From Octopus sinensis (Eukaryota): a stretch of 64,000 nucleotides of DNA. Position 1 is the first letter of the stretch, and every line of letters begins with the position of its first letter. Positions 39,914-51,021 of the stretch are shown here, in pieces. The stretch spans positions 7,378,001-7,442,000 of the forward strand of contig NC_043017.1 of assembly GCF_006345805.1 (NCBI RefSeq), read 5' to 3'. The translations under genes and the position numbers were made by a program. The notes below the pieces were generated by a model. The model was not told where the DNA came from and did not search any database. It saw nothing but the letters and a program-made list of their open reading frames with translations.

Positions 39914-42115
39914 TAATGTGTGTTTGTTTCTGTAGTTGAGTATGTGAGTACATGTTGTGTGTGTGTGTGTGTGAATGTATAGATGCATACTTTTTACATT
40001 TTTATGTGAATGTGTGTTGCTAAGGGTGAGTGTGTAGTTGCATGTGTGTAAGGATATGAGATTGTGTGTATGCATGCATGTGTATGTATGTAAGTGTGAG
40101 GATATTTGATTGTGTATGCTTTCATGTGTTGTGTAAGGATGTGTGTCTTTGTGTAAGGATGTGTGTGTTTTTTCATGCATGTGTGTGTGTGTAAGGATAC
40201 ATCATTATGTTAAAATGTATGATTGTGTGTGTTTTTGTTTCTAGAGGTGGGTATACGAGCGTGTAAGTGTGCAACAGTGTGAATATGTAGATGCATGTAT
40301 ATGTTTCCGCATGTGTGTTGCTAAGGAGCTGTGTGTGCGTGCGTGTATGTATTATGTGACCAGAACTGAAAGAGAAAAATTTGAAACCTCTACACAAAAG
40401 ATGTTAATATATTTTGGTCTCTGAAGTAAATGCTTGATTTGTAGATGGACGTCAGTAAAAGAGATGAAGAACGGTGGCGCAATGCTGACTGGGCTGTATC
40501 TTGGAGATGATAAATAACCAGGAGGAGGAACGCTTATGAGCCACAATGTGATTCATCTTAGAATTATCTGAATATTAGTTGTTGTTTAGAGGTTGCACCA
40601 CTCAATAATTCAGTGCATATACACACACATATACATACATGCTTATGTATGTTTACACATATGTGTGTGTATATATATATATAATATATATATATATATT
40701 ATATATATATATATATATATACATACACACACACACATATATATATATATACATACACACACACATATATATATATATACATACACACACACACACATAT
40801 ATATATATACATACATACACACACTTATACACATACATGCAATACATATATGCTTGTGTGCATGTATGTGTGTGTGTATACATACATTTCTATCTATAAA
40901 AAGCTTGTTGTTGAGAGCTGGATTAGCTCAGTATAGAAAACAGTAGTGCTCAAATAAATTTGAACTTAAGCTCCTAATCTTCATCCTGGACTAGGTCCAT
41001 CGTGTCAAGTGTGGCTTTGAGAGTAATCCAAAATGTGCCAAGCCTAGTTGTGTTCATCTGCATTACTGCTTCCGTATCCATCCACCTATCTATCCATCTA
41101 TCTATCTATCTATCTGTCTGTCTGTCTATTTGTCCATCTATCTATCTATCTATTTTTCTATCTATCTATCTATCCATCCGTCTATATGTCTATCTATCAA
41201 TCTATCTATTTTCCATATCTGTTTATATGTCTATCTATCAATCTATCTTTCTATTTGTCCATCTATCTATCTATCTATCATCCACACACACATGCATTTA
41301 TATATATATGCACACATATGCTCAAACATAAACACATATACACTTATTTGTGTAGTGTAGTATATTGACCACAACATATAACCAGTGTTTAGATCTCCAT
41401 GTGATCCATTATATTCTTCGAAAAGATCCATATGAGAGTAGCAAACAAGTTATTTTAAGATGTTTATTGTAGTTCCCTTGTGATGTTTTGAATGCAGTAT
41501 ACAAATAGAAAACAAGTGCGGAGATAAATTTTTACATTCATTCAATATATTCTTGCCCATATTTCATTACCAATAATATCTATTATATATGGAATACCTT
41601 GTTGGCAGATTACATCATCAAATCATCAGAGATTTCATAACAAACAAAAATAACATGAAGTTACATATTAAAGCCTATGGATAGCATCATGGTATTCCCA
41701 AACGTAGCATTTGTTTTGTGATGGGCCATGTCAATGCTATTATATTTATTGATACCACACTGCTATACACCCACACACATAAATATATAAAATAAAATGC
41801 TACAACTTGTGAGTTTGTCTTACTGATGTGTCTAAAAAGATTCTGAGAGATGATTGTTTGTATCAGTAGTATTGGAAGTATTACAAAACATCTGTTCATT
41901 ATCTAAAATCATGTATGTGTATGCATTTATATGTGTGTGTGTGTGTGTGTGTAAAAGTGCAGGTGTGGCTGTGTGGTTAAGAAGCTAATTTCTCAACCAC
42001 GTGGTCTTGGGTCCAATCCCACTACGTGGCACCTTGGGTAAATGTCTTTTGTTCTAGCTTCAAGCCGATCAAAGCATTTTGAGTGGATCTGGTCAACAGA
42101 ATTTGAAAGAGGCTC

Positions 42116-42168
<53 letters not shown>

Positions 42169-42486
42169 GTACCCTTGACTTGACATCATATGGCAGTTAG
42201 AAATGAGCATATTCTTTGTTTGCAAGTCTTCCATGAGAAATACATCAGGCTACAGGATAATATTATTTTGCTTGGAAACAGATGAAGGTTGGTGATAGGA
42301 AAGGCATCAGGCTATAAAAAATTTGCCTCAGCACATTCCATCTGACCCATACAAGCATGAAAAATGGTCAATAAAGACTGATTATATGAGTGAAAAGTGT
42401 GTTGTATTTTTATTATTTTGTAGACTCAATTCCATTTTGAATCTGTTCACAACAGCATTAACATCTAAGGAAAGTCTTACATAGAA

Positions 42487-42517
<31 letters not shown>

Positions 42518-43428
42518 AACCATGTACCTCCTCTACAGCAAGACACCTGTTTCTGTCTCTCTATAACCTTTCATCATCTGGCACAAAATCACCTCCAATG
42601 TCCCCTCCCCTCTGAAAGGGTTTTTGTCTTGCACATTACTTGGTGATCCTACCAGTGCTGGTGCCATGTAAAAAGCATCCAGTTCACACAGTGATTGACA
42701 TTTTAGAAGGGTATCCAACTGTAAAAAACCTTGCCAAAACTGACCTTGCCTGTGATGGTGTCATGTAAAAAGCACTCGGTCTACTTTGTTGAGTGGTTGG
42801 TACTAGGAAGGGCATCAGGCCATAAAAACCATGCCAAAACAGACAAAGAAGTCTGGTGCAGTCTTCTGCCTGGCCAGCTCCTATCAAACCGCCCAACCCA
42901 TATCAGCATGGAAGGCGGACATTAAATGATGATGATGAAAATGTATTCTACATATATATATATGAATATTTATAGTTATTACTGTAACACATATATATAT
43001 ATATTCTACACACGCACACACACATGCATATAATATGTATTCTACACATATAAAAATTACTAGAATATAAATATATATGTCACAGCAATAATTATATATA
43101 TATATATATATATATTCTATTTGGGGTATGGGTTAGCAGTAATAATAGAATTTGGGGAGATATGGGCTGTATACTTTCCTGCCTTTGACCATCTTGTAAC
43201 TAAGTGACAGAATACATGGTGGTTACATGATGGTTCAGTTGAGCATAATCACACTCTCCATTCATCCTCTAATCATCTTACTGCTAACCTGCTCTACATA
43301 ACAATACACCATTCTCTGCTGGAATATATTTTCTTTTCTTTAGGATGTTTAGGTTGTCGTGACCAGATTCCATCTTAGAATCACAACAGAAATTGTAATT
43401 CTGTAAAGTAGTAACCTAATAAATGGTA

Positions 43429-43714
43429 CAATTCTATATTTAAGAAATGAGAAATTATGTACATTATTTATATTCGACGGCATATGGCATAGTGGTTAAG
43501 AGTGCAGGCTACTAACCTCAAGATTCTGAGTTCAATTCCAAGTTGTGACCTGAACAATAATAATAATAATAATAATAACATCGAAAAATACCTTAGGAAC
43601 GAGAACCCAGGTTCGAAATTTCCCCAAGACACCTGAAGAAGGTGGGAGGGTATATCAGCCAAAACGTTGTGTTAACAACATACAAGATGAAGACAAAGTT
43701 GAATGTAAATAATG
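43429..43714 (+). mobile_element. tRNA-headed, hammerhead-containing short retroposon with 13-bp TSD
   Basis: TSD CTAATAAATGGTA at 43416-43428 and 43715-43727. A box TGGCATAGTGG (43485-43495), B box GTTCAATTCC (43530-43539), (AAT)n, hammerhead at 43628-43673, and a 5' segment that is an inverted copy of the 3' end. Confidence 0.8.
43628..43673 (+). ncRNA. minimal hammerhead motif (this copy has GAAA changed to AAAA)
   Basis: GACAC-CTGAAGA-A-GGTGG-GAGGGTATAT-CAGCC-AAAA-C-GTT-GTGTT. Stem I is GACAC/GTGTT and helix III is palindromic AACGTT. CCAAAA is consistent with CpG decay of CCGAAA; stem II pairs only partially. Confidence 0.6.
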
Positions 43715-43791
43715 CTAATAAATGGTAGTGTGTATGTATGCATGTACATATGTACATACATCACACACATACACACTCACACATGTATATA

Positions 43792-44155
43792 GGTGCAGGA
43801 GCGACTATGTGGTAAGAAGCTTGCTTCCCACTCACATGGTTCTGGGTTCAGTCCAACTGTGTGGCACCTTGGGCACTTGTCTGCTACTATAGCCTTGGGC
43901 TGACAAAATCCTTGTGAGTGGATTTGGTAGACGGAAGCTGAACGAAGCCCATCGTATATGTGAGTGTGAGTGTGTCAATGTTTGACCCTCCACCATCGCT
44001 CGGTGTGTTTACATCTCCATAACTTAGTGGTTTGGCAAAAGAGACTGATAGAATAAGTGCTAGGCTTACAAAGAATAAGTCCTGCAGTCGATTTGCTTGA
44101 CTAAAGGTGGTGCTCCAACATGGCCGCAGTCAAATGGCTGAAACAAATAAAAGAA
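43792..44155 (+). mobile_element. family A SINE, full length
   Basis: Colinear with 2157-2537. Confidence 0.85.
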
Positions 44156-44399
44156 TATACTAGACTCTGTCTTTATCTTTAACCCCCCCCCATTTTCTCT
44201 CTCCTACCCCCTGTGATGTCTTAGAAAGTGACAACAGTTCTCTGTATGTCCCCCTCCTCTCCCTTCTCCTCTCATCAATTTCTCAGCACCTTTCTTACAA
44301 AACTTATTCAATGGCTTCTTTTCAAAGATCAATAACACATCCAAGAATGTACTTTACCTTGTAACTGTTGATTACATTTCTGCTTTGCTTGGGATGTTG

Positions 44400-45025
44400 G
44401 CACCACTACCTCCACCACCAGCATCACTGCAACCACAACCAACCACCAGTATCATCATCATCATCACCGCTGCCGCCGTCATCACCACCACTACCACTAT
44501 CACCCTCACAATCATCATCACCATCAGCATTACTGCAACCACAACCAACCACCAGTATTATCATCATCGTCGTTGTCTTCATCATTATCACTACCACCAC
44601 CACCATCACCCACACCACCCTCATCACCGCCACCGTCATCACTACCACTATCACTTTCACCATTATCATCATCATCATCATCACCATTGTTGTCATTGTC
44701 GTCGTAATCATCACTACCACCACCACCACCACCACTACCACTATCACCCTCACCATCATTATCACCACCACCACCAGCATCACTGTAACCACAACCAACC
44801 ACCAGTATCATCATCATCATCATTGTCACTACCACCACCATCACCTGCACCACCACCATCATCACTACCTCTGCCGCCACTGTCATCACCACCATCATTA
44901 TCTTCATCATCACCACCATCACCACCACCACCAGCATCACTGCAACCACAACAAACAAACAATATCATCATCATCACCAACATCGCCATCATCACCACCA
45001 GCATCATCATCATCATCATCATCTA
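44400..45025. repeat. (CAC/CAT)n trinucleotide expansion with higher-order unit
   Basis: Marker CAGCATCACTGCAACCACAAC recurs four times (~44419, 44525, 44775, 44932) inside block A copy 2. Confidence 0.9.
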
Positions 45026-46380
45026 CTTCTCAGTTATGTTGTACATATTTAGAAACATGTAGAAACCAGATGAATATATAAAACTATTGCCACCAATGTT
45101 TCAGCAGATACAATAATAAAATCTCCCTAACAGCCTTTTAGAATATATTTCTTTGCATTGTTAAAACCCTGTCTCTAATCCTAGCCATAATCTTTACCCT
45201 CACTTTCACCGTAGTCCTAACCTTTACTCTAGTCTTCATTCTAAGCCTGTCCCTAACTCTCAACATAACCTTAACAGTCTCTCTAATTCTGACCCTCACT
45301 CTTGTTGTGATCCTTTGCATCACTCTAACATGCTAGCTCTTGGACTAACTCACCCAACTCTTATTCTGGCTCCAGCACTCAACCAGCTTTATTTTTCACT
45401 CTCACTCTAGCCTTCACTCTCACTTGAGCCCTCACCATCTCTCTAGCCCTTGCCCTTCCTCTTGCCCTCCCTCGAACCCTTGCTGTTGCTTGAGCCTTCC
45501 CCCTCCCACTAGCTGTTGCCCTCCCTCTAGCCCTTTCCCTCCTTCAAGCCCTCTTTCTCCTTCCTCTTGCCCTCCCTCAAACCCTTGATTGAGCCCTCAC
45601 CCTCTAACTTGCCCTTGCCCTCCCTACAACCCTTGACCTCCCTGTAACCCTCACCTTCTCTCTCTAGCTCCCACCCTCTCTCTTGCCCTCATCCTCCCTT
45701 AAGCTCTTATCTTCCTTCAATTCCTTGCCCTCTCTCTTCCTATAGCCCTCACTCTCCCTCTAACCCATACTCTCCCTCTAACCCTTGCTCTCCCTTGAGC
45801 CCTTTGCTCTCTTTCTAGCCCTTGCCTCCCCTTCCCAAGCCATTGTCCCTCCAGCCATTGCCCTCCCCCCAGCACTTGCCCTCCTCCTCCCTCCAACCTT
45901 GCACTCCCTTCAGCCCTCATCCTCCCTCTAGCCATCTCCCTCCCTCCAACCCTTATCCTCACTCTTAAATTAATCCTAACTCTAACTTACACCTTCACTT
46001 TAACCCTAGCTCTAATACTCATCCCATCTCTAATCCTGACCCTAATCCCTTCTGTCTTTTATGTGACAACAATTATTTAGAAAAGGGAAGAACAATTTAT
46101 CATGTTTGTTCAAATATCTGTTTTTAATCTCATGAAACAAACATCTTCTGCATATAGACGTGTGTGTTTGTATACTTGTTAGTGTGTGCATGTGTGTGCT
46201 TGGCTATATGCATGTATATATGTGTGTATATGTAGATATATATGTAAATATGTGTGTATATATGTATATGTACTTTTATAAGTAAATATATGTATGTATG
46301 CATATGTATTTATGTATATGTATATATATATGTGTGTATGTATGTTTATATGTACATATGTATGCATGTGCATTTGTGTA

Positions 46381-46411
<31 letters not shown>

Positions 46412-46759
46412 TTGGGAGGAGTCTCTATCTGTTTGTACATGAGGATGAATATCTGAGTGTGTAGGTGTGCATTAACATGTGAGTATGTGTGCGTGCGTGT
46501 ATGTATTATGTGACCAGAACTGAAAGAGAAAAATTTGAAATCTCTACCCAAAAGATGTGATATATTTTGGTCTCTGAAGTAAATGCTTGATTTGTAGATG
46601 GACGTCAGTAAAAGAGTTGAAGAATGGTGGCGCAATGCTGACTGGGCTGTATCTTGGAGATGATAAATAATCAGGAGGAGGAGGAACGCTTATGAGCCAC
46701 AATGTGATTCATCTTAGAATTATCTGAATACAATATGATATATATATATATATATATAT

Positions 46760-47348
46760 GTGGAGGCGCAATGGCCCAGTGGTTAGGGTAGCGGACTCGC
46801 GGTCGTAGGATCGCGGTTTCGATTCCCAGGCCGGGCGTTGTTAGCGTTTATTGAGCGAAAACACCTAAAGCAATACCTGCTGTACTCTTTCGCCACAACT
46901 TTCTCTCATTCTTTCTTCTGTTGGCCTGCTCACTTAGCCAGCAGGGTGGCATCATTTGAAGGCTAAAACAATGCAAAGCGCATTGTGACCAGCAATGTGT
47001 AGCAACATCTGATAGCCTGTCGGTCACGGTGATCCCGGGATATATATATATATTATATATATATGTGGAGGCGCAATGGCCCAGTGGTTAGGGTAGCGGA
47101 CTCGCGATCGTAGGATCGCGGTTTCGATTCCCAGGCCGGGCGTTGTTAGCGTTTATTGAGCGAAAACACCTAAAGCAATACCTGCTGTACTCTTTCGCCA
47201 CAACTTTCTCTCATTCTTTCTTCTGTTGGCCTGCTCACTTAGCCAGCAGGGTGGCATCATTTGAAGGCTAAAACAATGCAAAGCGCATTGTGACCAGCAA
47301 TGTGTAGCAACATCTGATAGCCTGATCGGTCACGGTGATCACGGTGAT
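46760..47348 (+). mobile_element. head-to-tail pair of near-identical young tRNA-derived SINEs (family D)
   Basis: GTGGAGGCGCAATGGCCCAGTGGTTAGGG...GGTTTCGATTCCC at 46760 and 47065, separated by (TA)n, with CpGs retained. Confidence 0.88.
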
Positions 47349-48354
47349 ATATATATATATATATATATATGTATATGTATATGGGCATAGGTGTGGCTGT
47401 GTGGTAAGATGTTGGCTTCCCAACCACATGATTCTGGGTTCAGTCCCACAGTGTAGTACCTTGGGCAAGTATCTTGTACTATAGCCTCAGGCCAACCAAA
47501 GCCTTGTGAGTCAAATTGGTAGACAGAAACTGAAAGAAGCCCATCATATATATATATATAAATTGTTGCTATTATGTTAAATTGTCATACGCACAAATTT
47601 GGTCAATATTTCTCAATATTCATTTTTGCTTGCAATAGCTGATTCTTTTGGTCAAACTATTGTATCTCCAACTGCTTCAGATGCCAAGATATCAAAAATT
47701 GTCAAAGTGTCCTACAACAGTTTAGCATTTTTCAAAAGTGTAATAAGGGTTAACTTCTCGACTATTGTTGGGGCTCATTTACAACTGAGTGGACTGGGTC
47801 AACGTGAAATGAAGTCTCTTGCTCAAGATCACAATGCATTGCCTGATCCATCCATACACACACACACACACATGTGCACAAACATGCATACACATGTACA
47901 CATGAATATATATACACATGTATACACTCACACACATATAGAGAAATATTCTTGACCCTTTTTTACCACTCCCTCTTTCTTTCCCTACCTCCTCTGATGT
48001 CTTATAAAGTGACAACAGACCTATATATGTCTCTTCATACTCCTCTCCCACCTCCTCTCGGCAACTTTGCTACAAAACTTATTCTGTGGCTTCTTTTCGA
48101 TGATCAATAACACATCCAAGAATGTATTTTACCTTGTAACTGTTGATTACATTTCTGCTTCAGTTAATCCGTTTGTATCACCATCACTATCATCACTACC
48201 ACCACCACCTTCATCCGCTACATCTCAGCCATGTTGTTATACATGTTTAGAAACACGAAGGAAATAAATAAATAAATAAATAAAAGTGCTGCTATTAATT
48301 TTTTTTTCTTTTGCTGTCTTTTAGTCAGGAAGGAAAAGCAGTGCCCATGACCCT

Positions 48355-48584
48355 TTAACCCCTTTGTTACTGTATTTATTTTGAGATGCTCTGTGTTTCT
48401 TTCAATTACTTTAAATATAAACAAACAATTTAGTAAAATAACTTCGTTATCATGAAGCTGGAGTTAAAAACATAAATTGTGACTGAGGTTTGGTGGAAGA
48501 TTTTAATTCAAAGCTTATGAAAACAAGACATTTGTACTACAGAGCCAGAGGTGGTTTCAGCCAGGTTGGTAACGAAAGGGTTAA
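48355..48584 (-). mobile_element. piggyBac-like MITE family 1
   Basis: TTAA|CCCCTTTGTTAC ... GTAACGAAAGGG|TTAA; reverse complement of the copies at 52489 and 52718. Confidence 0.85.
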
Positions 48585-48984
48585 AAGGCCTCTGAGATAG
48601 TTGATGGGGTGAGGTGGGGGTAGAAAATTATCCTTGACCTGGAAACCTGGATCGACTGTTTGTGGCAAAGCGAACCCCCCCCCACGTGATGGGCTAGGTG
48701 TTTGCTGTTAAACCAGACAATAGACACAAACCCCATAAACCATCCAACAGCCTTCTTTAATACTTGTGGATGCCTCACCACTTAAATCAACAGCATCTGA
48801 ATGAGCAAAAACACTTTTGGATGTGTGAAACTTTAAGTAAGGCAAATTTAAGTTACAAACTTTTAACACACATCACCCACAAATAATATAGAGTGATAGC
48901 TCTAGCATAAAGCATACTGTTACTCAGACTTCATGTTCTTATGTTTGAATTTCCTTCAAACATGACTGGTTGGTAGAACACTTA

Positions 48985-49640
48985 ATCTATCACTACTAAT
49001 ATACAGACAGTTGACTTCCTTGACAGGACTTTAGATTTCAATACTTTTAGATATAAACCATGCATTATATAATGCAAAACTCACAACAACCAAAGCCCTA
49101 CCATCTCCCATTACACATTTTTAAGAACCTTCTCAGCAGCATTGGTAGAAGAAGCTTCAGTATTTACTCAGACAAAGGAACATTTGGTTGCACTGCAAAC
49201 CACAAGAAGAAAGTTATGGAAAAATAGCAAATTTGGAGATAAAATTACTGCTACACCTCCTCTCATCCTGCTGAATTATCCCCAGCTTATAAAGTTAAAA
49301 CTGTTACCATAATATAATCTAGTTCAACCTTACACGTAGCCTTAGTGTAAAATCTAATATTGCTAAGAGCTTCCTATGTGATCCAGAAATATTCCCCTGC
49401 AGGATATAAATATTTCAGGCAATTCAACCAGCAAAATGTAAAGGTTAGCTACAGTTGCATGATTAATCTGAAAATTTATCATTACAAGTAACAGGCAATT
49501 CAAGTTAGCAGATAAGTGTCCATGTCCACTTAATAAGCCCACCGACCAGAAACTAATTCTGTGAACAATTAACAGAATAATCTTACCAATCTTGCTAACG
49601 AAGCAGATAACTGCCACTGCCAAAGTCAAGAGCAATTTAT
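48985..49640 (+). pseudogene. decayed Penelope-like retroelement ORF (RT motif E/thumb and linker)
   Basis: Frameshifted translation: SITTNIQTVDFLDRTLDFNTFRYKP / IFKNLLSSIGRRSFSIYSDK / NII*FNLTRSLSVKSNIAKSFL / YFRQFNQQNVKVSYSCMINLK / DNCHCQ. These are colinear with the PLE motifs V.FLD.TL, IIWFNPP.S..V.TNIG..FL, FNR.TVKVSYSCM.N and CNC. Confidence 0.75.
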
Positions 49641-50388
49641 GCAAAATCTGAATCATGGATCCATTTAGCTGCAGTGTCACCATCGCACCAACACCACTAC
49701 CATTTCTATAACCAATTCTATAACTACCACTCTCACCACACCATTATTATCATTGTATCATAACTACAACCACTACCACTGTCATCATCTTCCATAATCA
49801 CCACTACCACCACAACCTCCACCAGAACCAACATCACAACTGCTGCCATAACCTCCACAATAACCACCGACACAAACACCAACATATTATCACAACCACT
49901 GTATCCACCAACATCACCACCATCACAACAACCACCACTACCACCAACATAACCAGTTCTATTACCATTATGGCCAATTCCTCTTATCACCTCACTGCTA
50001 CTACCACCATAAACACTACTGATACTACTGCCTCTACCAACATCACCAATACTGCCAACACCACCACTACCACCACCATCACCACCACTGCTAATTCCCC
50101 AACAACAATAACAAAAACAAAAACCATTTCAAAATATCTTTGTTTCTAATGTAACAATTGCTAATCACATCAAAAATTCTTGACATATTGATTGGATATT
50201 GAACATGAGAGTAATTGATTGGATATTGAAAGAGTATGCATATGTATGTGGTGGTGGGTGACCATGTGTGTAAGTGTGTGTGTGTGGCTGTGTGTGTGTG
50301 TCAGAGAGAGAGAGAAAGAGATCACTAAATGCTTACAGTGGTTGTGATAATATGATTGAGAAAAAATCAAACATAATTGATGGACAAT

Positions 50389-50431
<43 letters not shown>

Positions 50432-50644
50432 AGAACAAAATGTGTTAGCAGGGCTAAAGAGGGGAGAGATTAAATATTTATTGATTAATTCAGTGACCGA
50501 TAGGATTTGTATTGATGAGAATTGATCTGGCTTCATAGTTTTTCTATTGGGATAAACTCAAGTCTATCTCGTTATCAGCATCGTTCTGCATGGAATTGTT
50601 AATTGATGGTTTAATAAGCTACTCGCTGATGTATGATGCTAAAA

Positions 50645-50657
50645 AGGGCAAAGGTCA
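50645..50657 (+). promoter_or_regulatory. DR1 nuclear-receptor-type site AGGGCA-A-AGGTCA
   Basis: Sequence match only, inside a repeat-free island (50450-50765). Confidence 0.2.
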
Positions 50658-50953
50658 TCGTTTCGATTTCTACTCCATATCAAATGAACTGGTTGTCTGC
50701 TATGAGGAGAGAGCGGCAGTCGAATGGTTTTGTTTGCTTCGCTTTTCATTTTTAGAAAGCTCCACCTTGTGTGTGTGTGTGTGTGTGTGTGTATATACAC
50801 ACATGCACATACACACACAAATATATATATATATATACACACACACATACATACATGCAATTATATGCATGAGAATATATGCATAAAACAAAACATACAA
50901 ATCTGCACATATACTTACATACAAACAAAAATATCCACATTATATATATATAA

Positions 50954-51021
<68 letters not shown>

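Larger units (their letters stand above)
37800..40574. repeat. old segmental duplication unit 1 (unit 2 at ~44170-46730, partial unit 3 at ~47950-48290)
   Basis: Same block order in units 1 and 2: block A (tgatgtctta.aaagtgacaacag...ctgttgattacatttct), degenerate CCCTAA tract, block C (ttttatgtgacaa...tttttaatctcatgaaa), (TG)n, block B. Confidence 0.85.

Noticed and set aside
44368-45081. 237-aa and 225-aa His/Thr/Pro-rich ORFs
   Set aside because: They arise from the (CAC/CAT)n expansion and are open in several frames on both strands.
49363-49683. 106-aa hydrophobic minus-strand ORF resembling a membrane protein
   Set aside because: It is antisense to the Penelope-like fossil on the plus strand.
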